A stretch of DNA of 64,000 bases from the human T2T-CHM13v2.0 reference genome, Homo sapiens: NCBI RefSeq assembly GCF_009914755.1, contig NC_060929.1; one strand, given 5' to 3'. Shown one piece after another: positions 26,452 to 39,646 of the stretch. The position numbers and the translations under genes are program-made. The notes under the pieces were generated by a model. It made no database searches and was not told the DNA's origin. It saw nothing but the letters and a program-made list of their open reading frames with translations. How positions within the stretch are numbered: position 1 is the stretch's first letter; each line of letters opens with the position of its first letter.

Positions 26452-27534
26452 TGATAGTGACAGGAGACAGAAAGATTCATAGGCAGATAGGGACAGGTGT
26501 CCAGTGAAACCCAACCTTCAAGCCAAAGACAACGTGAAGCCTGAAAACAAAGCTTCCAGTTTTGGATAGAGTCCACTATCAGAGTGAGAACTTCTTCAAT
26601 GTATTTTAACCAATCGAATGGTACTTTTTCCAAGACCACCCATTTACCAATCAGCATACACTCCGCCATTCTATGCCCACAAAAACATGGCTAGCTGCTC
26701 TTGGGTCTTCTCTCCACTGGGAGCTTTCCTTCTGTTGCTCAATAAAATTCTTCTCTGACCTACTCAGTCTCCAGTGTCCATGTGCCTTATTCTTCTTGGT
26801 CCTGGGACAAGAACCTGGAGCTTGCTGAGCTGCGGGCAGCAGGAACAAACAAGCTGTAACCCTCCCATTCGTTGAGATGAGGGTGGTGGGAATGAATGAG
26901 CTGCAACTCTCCTTTCTGCCCACCAAGGTGCAGGTGATGGGAATAAAAGAGCTGTAGCACACTCCCACTCACTGAATTGTGGGGGAGAAAAAGCCACTGA
27001 GTGCCACACCCTTCTGTTCACCGAGCTGCAAGCAGTGGGAATAAAAGGGCTTGCAACATGCTCCAACTTGCCAAGTTACAGGAGTGAAGAGCTGCAACAT
27101 TTCTTGGGAGTTCAGACCTCAAGACTCCCCAAGTAAGAGCTGCAACATCCCTTGGGACCTGGGCTGCTTGCATCTCTGAGTTTTTGGATTCTACCACGTT
27201 CTCTTTGTCTAGATGCTGGCACCCAATGCAGAAGCCACTTTTGGCATGCCCAGTCCAGCCACAGGCTGGACACAGAGCCACAACAAATGTGGGATTCAGG
27301 CCAGTAGCATGAGCCAAGCACAGACTGCTTGGCTGAGTGGGCAGAGTGAACCTGGCAAGCCCTAGCGAAGCCCCAGGCATAGGTCATGTCAGTCACAGAA
27401 ATTTACAGCTGATGTAGTGGCACCAAAGGAATCCTGTAACACTGTAACCCTCCCTCCCACCTGCCAAGCAACAGAGGAGAAAAAGCCGCTGGGTGCCATT
27501 CCTTCCTGCCCGCTGAACTACAAAAGCTGCAACG
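26452..27534 (+). mobile_element. 5' LTR of the provirus (LTR28-like)
   Basis: tgatagtgacaggagacaga ... caaaagctgcaacg; CCAAT motifs, AATAAA at 26741; homologous to 34292-35338. Confidence 0.88.
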
Positions 27535-27538
27535 TTTC

Positions 27539-27555
27539 TGGGGACTCGTCAGGAT
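27539..27555 (+). promoter_or_regulatory. Primer binding site, tRNA-Pro type (decayed)
   Basis: tggggactcgtcaggat versus canonical TGGGGGCTCGTCCGGGAT, 4 nt after the LTR end. Confidence 0.8.
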
Positions 27556-28857
27556 AGTCAGAAGGGTTGGTAAGAGCGTACCGCTTTCATTTTCATTTTT
27601 GAGGTTTCTCGTCCTCAGATTTTTTTCTGAAAACAGATGAAGCACTGGGCCTCTGTCAGCCGGTTAAGAGCAAATAGCGCATCTGCCAGTTCTACAAGAT
27701 TCAGAGGACAGGCTTGCTGGGGAGGACTTTGTCAATCCCCATTGCCCTCAGATGCTGGGAATGCTGGTTTTGTTCCAAAGCAGTTTCCCTTCACAGAGGT
27801 CTAACCATCGTGTGGGACTGGAAGGAGTTCCTGCAGCAATTTAGGGTGTATGGCGGAGGCTACACCCCAGTGTTACCCAAAGGCCGCTAGACTGACTCCA
27901 GTCTCTGATAGCCCGTTAGCGTGTCAGCCCTAGGACCTCCAGACTTTCCTAACACATTTTCTTTCTTTCCTTTGCAGCCGTCGTGGCTCCTATCTCTTCT
28001 TTATATACACTGTTAAGGGTGTTGTTACAAACCGCAGAGATGATATAACTGGTTAGAATGAGCTCTTGGCTCAGTCATCAAGAATATAATTTAGAATAAT
28101 CTGGTTTCTGTCTAAGAACCAAGGAGGATGTAACTATTGAGAGTTTTCTTTCTCCTATTGAAGAAATCCATTAGCATAGAGCAAGAGGCTACTTTCTCTG
28201 GGCACCTTCCCCTCCATGCATTTAAGTCTGTTGTTTTGTTTTTCCACCATGTCAAGAGTTAACATAGTCCTGTGAATACAGGGAGTTTTCCATGCAAGGG
28301 ATTTTTTCCTCTTGGGAGGCATCTTATTAGCACAGGTCCCCAATTTCTAGGACTCCCTTCATTTTCCTTGTTTGAGGAGAATCTGGCTCCACAGCTTCAC
28401 TTTAGTATTACTCCAGTGTGTTTTCCAAGCTTTGGATTGGAGCCCTAAAAAAAAAAAAGCTAGATCTGAGTGACCTAGAGACAGTCAACAGCAGAAGGCT
28501 AGGGTGCAGCACAGGTAAGCAGGACTACCCCTGCCAACTAGGCCTTCCTGCTTCATGGGTGGAGAATTTGCTCTCATCCATGGCATAGATGAAGCTTAGG
28601 AACACACAGATTAAGGACAGTGGAAGGCTAGGGCATGGCATAGGTTAAGTGCAACTATCCCTACTGACAAGTCCTTCCCATTTCATGGGTAGACATCACA
28701 CTCACATCCATGGGTGGTGCCTTTAGTAGCCACCAGGACTCAGGGAAGGAAAGGAGGGAAGAAAGAAAAAGACGACTTTTTTTTTTCTTTCCCTCACATA
28801 CCCCAGGTTTTTGCTGGAAGCCAGGAACTAAGGGATGCCTTTTCCCCTCTCTTTCAG

Positions 28858-30320
28858 ATGAATAACAAACTACCTTCAGCCTGCACTCCTCTTGAGAGCA
28901 TCCTGAATCACTGGGACTCCTTTGACCCTCAGACTCTGGAAAAACAGAAACCACCTCATATTCCTTTGCACAAGGGTTTGGATGGATTATGTACTACAGG
29001 AAGGAAGGCGTCCAGAAGGAAACGTTAGTTTTAATACTATCCTGCAGCTGGACCTTTTCTGTAAATGTGAGGGCAAAGATCCAAGGTCTCACATGTGCAG
29101 GCTTTCTTTTCCTTGAAAGATAAACTGGACCTTTACCAACATTGTAGGATTGTTTCAGTCCTCCTGGTGGCCATGTCAGGAGTGGCTGCAAAGGATAATC
29201 CCAAGGGATAAGGGAGGCAAATCCCAGATGTGTCTCTAGTGGGGGAGTTGGCTCCCTCCAGTCCTGCTTCTCCTGGTCCATCCAGTCTTCCGTATCCAGG
29301 TTTTTTCTCAAGCTTGCGCCATCCTAGAAATCCTCATTTTAGGCAGGTCCCAGTCTCACTTCTTCCCCTACAAGAGATGACTTTGAATATTGCCCCATTA
29401 AGATCCAGGTTCCATTTTCTCTATGGGACTTAAGGCAAATTAAGGAAAGCCTTGGTAAGTTTTCAGACGACCCTTACAGGTATATAGAGGCTTTCCGGAA
29501 TTTAACCCACATATTTGAAGTTTCGTGGAAGGATTCTATGTTACTATGGAATCAAACCCTGACTACCACTGAAAAGCAGGCATCCCTAAAAGTGACAGAG
29601 AATTTTGGGGATGAGCTTTGTATGTCATATAGTGCCAAGGAATGAGATGAGCCTTATCCAATTGGAAGAATAGCAGTACCATTGGAGGACCCTAAATGGG
29701 ACCCCGATGATGAAATAGGAGAATGGAAGAGGAAATTCTTTTAGGTGTGCATATTGGAGGGCTTACAAGGGACTGGAACTAAGCCTCTCAATTACTCCAG
29801 ACTATCCATGATAGGCCATGGATCAGATGAGAATCCCAATGCCTTCCTGGAAAGGCTAAGAGAGGCCTTGATAAAGCACACCTCTGTATCTGCTGATTCA
29901 GTCGAGGGACAACTAATCCTAAATAATAAGTGTATTACTCAGGTGGCCACTAATAGCAGGAGGAAGCTACATAAACTGGCCGTGGAACCAGATAGTACTT
30001 TAGAGAACATCCTGAAAGTGACCACCTTGGTCCTTTACAATAGGGATGGGGAGGAAGCCCAAGAGACAGAGGAGACACAAGAAAAAGGCAGAGGCTCTAA
30101 TAGCTGCCTTGTAGGCTCATGAACCCCAGAATCCCTGAGAGGTACTTGTTAACTGCTATAAATGTGGCAAGCCAGGTCACTTTAGGACAGCCCAGGCAGC
30201 CTGTGGAAGCCACCTTGATCCTGTCCAGTCTGTGATGGGGACCACTAGAGGGTAGACAGTCCCCAGAGATGCAGGTCACCAGGTCCAGAGCCAGTCTCCC
30301 AAATGATCCAGCAGGATGGA
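28858..30320 (+). pseudogene. gag: ERV gag remnant
   Basis: MNNKLPSACTPLESILNHWDSFDPQTL start; major-homology-region-like GSDENPNAFLERLREAL; zinc knuckle CYKCGKPGHF ~30154; frameshifts and stops. Confidence 0.88.
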
Positions 30321-33300
30321 CGGGTCCTGCAGCTCCTCTCCCTGGCTCTGATGGTTCAGAATGCCATTACCATCCAGGAGCCTGGCTGATTCTGGAGGTT
30401 GCAGGGAGGAAAGTGGACATCTGCCTCAATACCAGAGTGTCCATTTCTGTTCTCCTCTCCAGTCTGGGCCTCCCCTCCTCCCTTATCATGACTGTGAGGG
30501 GTGTCTCAGGAAAGCTTCTAACCCAATATTTTTCCCCCTTACTTGTAGTTGGGGAGACCTCTTGTTTACCCATGACTTTTTAATCATGCCTGAAAGCCCA
30601 GCACCTCTGCTGGGCACGGATATCTTAGCTCGTATGGGAACCACCATCTTTATGGCTCCAGGACACATTCTGTCTCCCCAGATGGAGACCAATCTGAATC
30701 CAGAAGTTTGGGTAACTAACTCTAGGGAAAACCGGCCAAGCCACAACTGTCATACTGGTCTGGATCCACCTTAAAGATCACACTTCCTTCCCTAACCAGA
30801 AACAATATCACCTAAAACCAGAAGTTATAAAAGGGCTAGAAGCCCACCATTGAGAACTTGAGGATGCAGGGCCTCCTCAAACCCTGAAACAGCCCTTGTT
30901 ATACCCTAATATCGGGGGTGCAAAAACCCAATGGGCAGTTGAAACTGGTCCAGGACCTCTGCATCATTAATGGGGCTGTGGTTCCAATTCACCTAGTGGT
31001 TCCAAATCCATATACGCTGCTGTTACTTGAATACCTGAGGTATCTAAATGGTTCACAGTCCTGGACCTAAAGGATGCCTTTTTCTACATGCCACTATTGC
31101 CTGACTCCCAATATTTGTTTGCATTCAAGGATCCCTCCAACCAGACCACCCAGATAACCTGGATGGTGTTACCTCAGGGATTCCAAGACAGCCCCCACCT
31201 GTTTGGGCAAGGATTCTCAAAATATCTCTCTGAGTTCCTTTATCCTCATGTTAAAGTTTTACAATATGTAGATGACATTCTCCTTTGTGCCCTAATTGAG
31301 GAAATCTCTCAGGAGGGCAGTAAGGCTTTTCTTAATTTTCTGACTAACAGAGGATGTAAGGTCTCAAAATCTAAGGCTCAGCTCTGTCAGGCTTCAGTAA
31401 AGTACCTAGGTCTGCTCTTATCAGAAGGGACCAGGGCATTGGGCAAAGAAAGGATTAAGCCCATCTCCTCCTTCCCTCTACCCAAAATGCTCAAGCAACT
31501 GAGGGGATTCTTAGGCATTACAGGATTCTGTAGATTATGGATACCTGGGTACGATGAGATAGCGCATCCCTTATATCACCTAATAAAGGAGATTCAGGCA
31601 GCTAAGACTCACTCCCTAATTTGGGAACCAGAGGCTAAAAGAGCTTTTGGCCAGTTGAAACAAGCCTTGCTTGAGGCATCAGCCCTTCCCATAGGGAAGA
31701 CTTTCAATCTTTATGTATCAGAAAAGAAGGAAATGGCCCTGGGAGTTCTAAACAAGGACCGGGGTCCCACCCAGCAACCTGTAGGGTACCTAAGCAAGGA
31801 ACTTGATTTGGTAGCTAAAGGATGGCCACCCTGCCTCTGAGCAGTTGCAGCAGTAGTCTTGCTGGTACCAGAGGCTACTAAGTTAACCATGGGGAATAAC
31901 TTGACTGTTTACACCCCTACGTAATGTGGCAGGACAACTGCCTTCTAAGGGGAGTCTCTGGCTAATGGAAAGCCACCTCTTCAAATATCAAGCTCTGCTA
32001 TTAGAGGGATCTGCAGTCCAATTGAGAATCTGTCCCTCCCTACACGCAGCTACCTTCTTCCCAGAGGAAGCTGTGGAGCTTGAAAATGGCTGAAAACAGA
32101 TAGTAGTGCAAACCTATGAGGCCCGAGTGGACCTCAAAGAAACCCCCTTAGACAACCCAGATTGTATTCTGTTTATGAATGAAAGTTCTTTTGCAGAACA
32201 AGAGATCCGTAAAGCAGGGTATGCAATATGCACCCTGAATGACACTATTGAGAGCATGCCTTTCTCCTCGGGTAGAAGTGCTCAACTAGCTGAGCTAATT
32301 GCCCTCACAAGAGTGCTTAAATTAAGCCAGGGGAAAGCAGTTAATATTTATACTGATTCTAACTATTCTTTCCTAGTCCTCCATGCTCATGTCATTATCT
32401 ATAAAGAGAAAGACTCTCTTCCATGGGAAGTGGCAGTAATACACTGTAAAGGCCACCAAAAGGAGATGAATGAAATAGCTGCAGGAAGTAAGTTAGCAGA
32501 CCAAGCAGCTAAATCAGAAGGGAGAGGGCCTCAGATTTCTGATACACTTGAGGGCTTTCTGATCTGGGATGGCTCCATAAGAGAAATAAAACCTCAATAT
32601 TTTCCTGCAGAAGTAGAACGGGCCACCTTTCAGGGATATACCTGTCAGTCCTCAGGATAGCTACAATTGGAGGACAGAAAACTTCTTCTACCAGCTTTCA
32701 GCCAATGGAAAGTTCTTAAAACCCTTCACCAAGCCTTTTACCAAGGCAAGGATAAAAGCTATCAAATCTGCTAAAAATGGTCCAACATGTCATTAATGCT
32801 TGTGAGACTTGCCTTAAAAATAATCCCCTTAATAGATGGCTTCTCCCCTCTGGAACCCAAAGAATGGGAGTCTGTCTGGGGAAGTCTGGCATTCAGACTG
32901 GATTTAACCCATATGTCAAAGATAAGGGGCATCCAGTACCTCCTAGTATGGGTAGATATCTTCACTAACTGGCCCGAGTTTCCATATCAAACAGAGAAGG
33001 CTTCTCAGGTGATAAAAGTACTAATTAATGAGATAACTCCTTGCTTTGGACTCCCTCAGTACCTCTAGAGAGATAACAGTTCTGAGTTCAGTGTGGCTGT
33101 CATCAGGGGTTCTCAAAGGCACTAGGCATTCAATGTCATCTTCATTGTGCTTGGAGACCATGATCCTCAGGAAAGGTAGAAAAGGCAAATGATATTATCA
33201 AAAGGCATCTCAGAAAACTGTCTCAAGAGACTTGTCTCCCCTGGATTACTCTTCTTCACATAGCCCTACTACGTGTTAGAAACACTCCTCCTAAGCTGGG

Positions 33301-33720
33301 TTTAAGACCCTTTGAAATGATGTGTGGATGGCTTTTTCACCCCAATTATTTCTTGCTAGACAAAGAAATCTCTGATTTGATTAAACATGTAATTTCTTTG
33401 GCCCATTTTCAACAGGAACTGAAACAACTGTTGGAGGCTCAGCCCAATGAACTAGGGTAAACTCTATTCAACCCAGGGGGCTTATTACTGGTAAAGGCAC
33501 ACCCTTCCCCTTCTGTTCTAGGCCTGGATTGGGAAGGACCTTACACTGTACTTCTTTGTACTCCAGTAAAGATCACTGGAATAGATTATTGGATTCATTA
33601 CACTCGAGTAAAGGCCTGGGAAACTGACAGAATTACCTCTGTCGATCCAGAAGAGCACCCAAAGCACCAGTGTGAAGAAATTGGAGACCGTAAGCTAAAA
33701 ATCACAAAATGTAAGTATCA
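30321..33720 (+). pseudogene. pol: ERV pro-pol remnant (protease, RT, RNase H, integrase)
   Basis: LPQGFQDSP and QYVDDILL (RT), RGFLGITGFCRLWIPGY, SAQLAELIALTR / VNIYTDSNY / VAVIHCKGHQ (RNase H), QYLLVWVDIFTNW (IN); many disruptions and small deletions. Confidence 0.93.
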
Positions 33721-33989
33721 ATTAGCCTTCCATGGATATCCTCTTTATAATCTCACCTATGCTTGCTGTTATCACCTTCATTCTGTTCTTCACCATAAGA
33801 CACCTTTGCCAAGGACCCCTTAATCCTGAATGCCCATGGGATTATCTACTCCCCTAAACAGCTATCTATTTTCTAAAGTTTAACTGCCCTCCCCCATACA
33901 AGACTTAATTCCTTCCACCAGGGTGAAACAGCTCTGGCCACAACATTGTTTTCAGAATTATTAGTCTATTTTACTTACTATTTTTGTTA

Positions 33990-34187
33990 TCTCTGGTACT
34001 AGATTTTTCTCTTTTAGCTCCTTTTTGTATAATACTCATATTTGGCCCATGCATATTTAACCACCTTGTGAAACTTGTTTCTTCTCATCTAGAGGCCATC
34101 AAATTCCAAATGTTCATGCAAATGGATCCTAGGACAATGGCTCCCTTTTACTGTGGACCCTTAGATTGGCCTCTGAGAGAGATCTGA
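33990..34187 (+). pseudogene. env: env remnant: only the TM anchor and cytoplasmic tail
   Basis: IILIFGPCIFNHLVKLVSSHLEAIKFQM..P...FYCGPLDWP, a typical class I Env C-terminus; only ~270 bp lie between the integrase end and this piece. Confidence 0.8.
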
Positions 34188-34291
34188 CTGCCATTTTCCC
34201 AAAACAATGCCCCCTGTCAGCATGAAGCAGTTAAGAGCAGTCATAGCCCCTATCCAAACAGCAGTTAGATATACCTCTTCAGAGCAGGGAT

Positions 34292-35338
34292 AGAAAGTGA
34301 CAGGAGACAGACGAATTCCTAGGAAGACAAGGACAAGTGCCTGATGAAACCCAGCCTTCAAGCCAAAGACAGCTAGAAGCCTGAATTGTGAGCTGTTGGT
34401 TCTGGATAGAGTCCACATCAGAGTAAGAACTTCCTTGATGCTTTTTAACCAATCAAGTTATGGTTTTTCCAAGACCACCCATGGACCAATAAGCACACAC
34501 TCCTCCATTCTGGGCCCACAAAAACCCCAGACTCAGACACAGAGACAACTACCTCTCTTAGGTCCCACTCCACCGACAGCTTTCCTTCTGTCACTCAATA
34601 GAATTGTTCTTTGCCCTACTCACTCTTTGGTGTCTGTGTACCTCAATCCTCTTGATCATGGGACAAGAACTCAGGTGAGCTGGGGGTGGGGGGAACGAAC
34701 AAACTGTAACTCTCCCTTCTGTCCACCCAGCTGTGGGCAATGGGAATAAAAGAGCCATAGCATGCTCCTGCTCACCGAATGGTGGGGGTAAAAAAGCTGC
34801 TGAGTGCCACACACTTCTGCTCACTGAGCTGTAAGTAGTGGGAATAAAAGGGCTTGTAACTTGCTCCTGCTCATCAAGCCACAGGATTAAAGAGCTGCCA
34901 CATTTATTGGGAGCTCAGACTTAGGGACTCCTCAAGCAAGAGCTGCAGCTTCCCTTGGGGCTTCACAGTTGCTCGCATTTCTGAGTTTTCAGGCGCCACC
35001 GCGTTCCCCTCATCTAGATGCTGGTGCCCAATGCGGAAGCCACTTTCAGCATGCTGGGTCCAGCTGCAGGCTGAACACGAAGCCACGGCGGTATGGGATC
35101 CAGGCCAGTAGCCCAAGCCAAGCGCAACCTGCTGGACTGAGTGGGCAGAGCAAGCCCAGCAAGCCTGAATTAAGCCCCAGGCAGAGGGCACAGAGGCCAC
35201 GGAGACTTCAGGCTGGCAAAGCAGCATCAAAGGAATACTGGAACATGGTTACCCTCCCTCCTGTTCACCGACCAATGGGAGAAAAAACGTCGCTGGGCAC
35301 TATTCCCTCCCACTCACTGAACAACAAAAGCTGCAACA
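34292..35338 (+). mobile_element. 3' LTR of the provirus (LTR28-like)
   Basis: agaaagtgacaggagacaga ... caaaagctgcaaca, colinear with the 5' LTR. Confidence 0.88.
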
Positions 35339-35354
35339 TAACCATATCAGTGGT

Positions 35355-37800
35355 GATATCTTTTTGCATTGGCCCTTTTGTCGCTATGAATTTTCTGTCT
35401 TTAATTCTATAAATGCTTTATCTGCTAAAGTCTACTTTATCTTATATTACTGTAGTTTTACCAGAATTCTTTTGAATAAGGTTTGCATGGCGTCTCTTTG
35501 TCCTTGCTTTTATTTTCAACCTTTAGGTAGCTTTATATTTAAAGCATATTCCATGGAAAAAGCATTTGCTAGACTGTTTTTATTTTTAATCTAGAGGGAA
35601 AACGTTAGTATTTTATTTGTAGTATTTATTTTATGTATACCTTATATAATTATTAATATAGATGATTTACACTTATTATCTTACTATTTGATTTTATTTG
35701 GACCTTGTGATTTATGCCACCTTTCCCTTTCTTTTTTGCCTTCATTTTAATTAATCATAACCATTGTTGTACATTTTTTCATTAACTTCTTTTAACTTTT
35801 ATTTTAATATAATTTTAGATTAACATGCAATTGTAAGAAATAACAGATAGAGAACCCATCATATTTTTCACTCAATTAGCCCAAATGATAACATTCTGTA
35901 TTACCATAGTACTGTATCACAACCATAAAATTAATGTTGATACAGCCCTTAAACTTTATTCAGATTTCACCACTTACATGGACTCCTTTGTGTATTTGTC
36001 AATACAGTTTTATCTTGTGTGTATATCATGTGACCATCACTACAGTCAAGATACACAAACAGAATCATAGAATATGTAATATTTTGGAAACAGTTTTTTT
36101 TCCATTCAGTATAATTCCCTAGGTATTCATCCAAGTTACTGTGTGTATCAATAGTTTATTTATTTTCATTGCTGAATAATAGTCTATGGTATGTATATAC
36201 CAGTTTGGTTCATTGTTCACTTATTAAAGGATATCTGGGCTGATTTTAGTTTTCATTTATTGCAAATAAAACTGCCATGAACATTAATGTACACATATGC
36301 TTTCATTTCTTTAGGATAAATGCCTGGGAGTACAATTGCTTTATTGTAGGTAGTTGCATATGTCCTGCAATGATACCTCTGTACAATGAGGTAGTACTAC
36401 TCAGCAATAAAAAGACACAAACCAGACTGGAAAGGAGCCCAGTCTCCTACATTTATACATTGTATGACTCCATTTATATTCTCAAAAAGACAGAACAAAA
36501 GTGATGAAGAATGAATAAGTGGTTTTCAGGGACTGGAGTTGGTGAGAAGCTGGGGTAAGATGCAACATCTTGAAGTGACGGAAGTGTTTTATATATTGAT
36601 TGTAGTGGCAGTTACATGTCTGTATATGCCTGGCACAGCTTGCAGAATCATACACTATAAAGGGTAAATTCTGTTGTATGTAAGTAATTCTCAATTAAAA
36701 AATACAAGTAAAAATCACATGTCTGATACTCTATCTGGAAATTTTAAGCTGCAGTTGGAACAAGGGCTTTATTTTTAATTTTTTCTTTTGAAATAATTAT
36801 ATATTCATAGTAAGATGCAAAAAAATTACAGGGAGGTCCTATGCACTTTTCATGCAGTTTTCCCCAATGGTAACATCTTACATCACTATAGTGTTTTATC
36901 AAAACCCGGGAATTGACATTGGTGCAATCCACAAAGCTTATATAAATTTCATCTGTTTAACATGCATTCATTTGTATGTGCCTGTCTGTGTTTAGTTCTA
37001 TGCAATTTTATGAACTATTTATATTCATGTAGACACCACCACAATCAAGATACAGAACTGTTCCCTTACCACAATGATCCATTGTGCTACTCCATGTAGC
37101 CACACCCATTCCTTCCCCTTACTCCTAACAACTGGCAGTCAATCTGCTGTCCATCTTTATAATTTTGTTATTTCAGGAATCTTATATAAATGGAATAATA
37201 CAGTATGTAGTTATGACTTTTAAAAAATACTCTCCAGTTAATTCTAATGCACTATCAAAGTTTGAGAACCAGCACATAATCTAAACCTTTTCATTTTATT
37301 TAATTAGTTACTTTATCTTAAAAAATTTATCTTCCTTTTGGGTCTGGGTTAAGGACACTAATGGCTTAATTAGTTATATTATATTTTGCTGCTAGGTTTT
37401 TTTTCCTTCCCACTATTCAAAGTCCGTAGTATCAGAGAAGCTTTTATCTCAAGCAAAAGACATCTGCTATACAACAAGGATTTGATATTCAATTTACTGA
37501 ATGAATAAACACATGTCTTTCCTCATTGTTTGGATTATTTCCTTTGAATATGCTCCCATAAATAGCAAGTGAGTCAAAGAATATGTATACATAATTTTTA
37601 AAATTGTGGTAAGAACACCTAACTTGAGACCTACCCTCTTCATTAAATTTTAAGTACACAATACAGTACTGTTAAGGATGGGCACAATGTTGCATAGCAG
37701 ACCTCTAGAACTTATTCATCTGACAAAACTGAAACTTTACACCCACTGAACAGCAACTCCTCCCATTTCCCCTTTGTCTCCAGCAAACAGGACTTTCTAA
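35355..37800. mobile_element. Cluster of old L1M fragments (L1MC/MD 3' ends on both strands, L1MA-type at ~37590-37790) with MER5 pieces
   Basis: Recognisable 3' UTR landmarks (ccaatggtaacatctt, tactactcagcaataaaaag, gtggtaagaacacctaac...ctctagaacttattcatct); MER5-like end gtttgagaacca ~37260. Confidence 0.7.
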
Positions 37801-38714
37801 AGATTGAATTACAGCTGTCATCAAGAGTGAATTGGTAATGCCCATCTCCAACAGCCCAACTTCTCCACCTACCTTACAAAAACTATATTTTAAATCACTT
37901 TTAATTCATTATTAATTTGATGACCAGGATTGACATCTTATTTTCATTTTATTTTGTCATTAATTTAATGTGTATTTCTAGTTTTTGAATCATGAGTTTA
38001 TGCTTTCAGCTATTTATCTATTTGGATTCTTAATTTTTAGTAAATATACAAGTATAGTTTATTTATTAAGAATGTTAATAACTTCCCTGCAATGTATCTA
38101 GTAAATATCCTCTCTTTCCACCTCTAGTTAAGATTCTATTACCTTGTAATTAAATTATCTTGTTAGTTAAAGCACAGGCAAAATATAATTTTAATAAAAT
38201 TAAAACAAATTTCTTGACGACTCTAAGATACTATACTCACATTGGCTATACATACACAATAAAGAACAGAGAGACACAAATATGATATTAACTAGATGTG
38301 TTTTTAGTGAACACACACACATATGTTTTTAATAGTGTAATATAATTAATCAAAATCCAGTTTGTTCCCCAGAGGTGGGAAAGTTTCCATCATATATGCA
38401 ATATTGTCTGTTTACATTTGTCTTCCAGGGGATAAAGAGTAAAGGGAGGTAATTTCTTACTGCCCTCAATTAACCAATACTGAGTGAGTACTAATATCAG
38501 TATCAATGAAGGCTTTAAAAAGATTGCTAGCATCGTGGTAACCTGCCTTTTACTGTAATAAACTGTTTTACTTCAAAGGCAGTGACACACATTTAAAGTA
38601 TCAGGAGGAATGAGATCTAATTTTTTTAATGTTGGAAAACAAAAGTGTTTTCCCCTCCACTTTTACACCAATACTGAAACCATAAAACTTTCCAATATTT
38701 TCTACATATATATA

Positions 38715-38895
38715 TTAATTTTAAAGTTCCAGGGTACATGTGCAGGATGTGCAGGTTTGTTACATAGGTAAACATGTGCCATGGTGGTTTGCTGCACCTA
38801 TAAACCCATCACATAGGTATTAAGCCCAGCATGCATTAACTATTTTTCTTAATGCTCTCCTTCCCCCCACCCCACCCCCATCAGATCCCAATATG
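38715..38895 (-). mobile_element. L1PA8-L1PA10-like 3' end fragment
   Basis: gggtacatgtgcaggatgtgcaggtttgttacataggtaaacatgtgccatggtggtttgctgcacc. Confidence 0.85.
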
Positions 38896-39068
38896 ATATA
38901 TTTTAACAAAGAAATTTAAATCTCTTATTTTTTCTCCTCCAGTAGTTAAATATTTTTATCAAGTTCATTTCTTATCAGGGTAGATTATAAGACCATTCAA
39001 GAGCTTTTGATATCTTCTGGAGACATTCACATTCCACAAGTCAGTTGATCTCTGTAGCCATTGGTTCC

Positions 39069-39646
39069 TGTGATGGTTAATATTAGGTGACAACCTGACT
39101 GGATTCAAGGATGTCCAGATGTCTGGTAGAACATTGTTTCTGGGTGTGTTTGTGAGGGTGTTGCCAGAGTAGACTGACATTTGAGTCTGTGGACTGGGAG
39201 AGGAAAATCCACCCTCAATTTGGGTGGGCACCATCCAATTGGCCACCAGCGAGGTTAGAACCAAGCAGGTGGAAGAAGGGGGATATGCTGTTTGCTTGTT
39301 GAGTCTTCTTGCTCGCTCTGTCTTCCTGTGCCAGATGCTTGCTTCCTCTCCTCCTGCTCTTGGACATCAGACTCCAGGATCTTTGGCTTTTGAACTCTGG
39401 AACTTGTACCAGAGGCCTCGTGAGGCCTTTAGGCTTAGACTGAGGGCTGAACTGTTGGCTTTCTTTGTTTTGAGGTTTCCAAACTTGGACTGAGCCACTA
39501 ATGGCTTCTTTCTTCCCCAGCTTGCAGACAGACTGTTGTGGGACTTTGCCTTGTAATTGTGTGAACCAATTCTACCTAATAAACTGCCTTTTATATGTAC
39601 ATATATACTATTGGTTGTGTTCTGCTGGAGGACTCTGGCTAATACA
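39069..39646 (+). mobile_element. MLT2A2-like solo LTR (HERV-L)
   Basis: tgtgatggttaatattaggtg...ctaataca; 5-bp TSD gttcc/gttct. Confidence 0.9.

Larger units (their letters stand above)
26452..35338 (+). mobile_element. Full-length defective class I endogenous retrovirus, HUERS-P group (LTR28/LTR27-like LTRs)
   Basis: Two ~1.05-kb homologous LTRs, 4-bp TSD taac (26448-26451 / 35339-35342), PBS-Pro, gag-pro-pol remnants, env tail, PPT agagcaggga at 34281-34290. Confidence 0.92.

Noticed and set aside
26850-27170. Regularly spaced repeats as a CRISPR-like array
   Set aside because: Degenerate units inside a retroviral LTR, duplicated in the 3' LTR; human DNA with no cas genes.
31088-31840. 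250-aa RT ORF as a domesticated gene
   Set aside because: Only part of RT, flanked by frameshifts and stops; the length is compatible with neutral decay.
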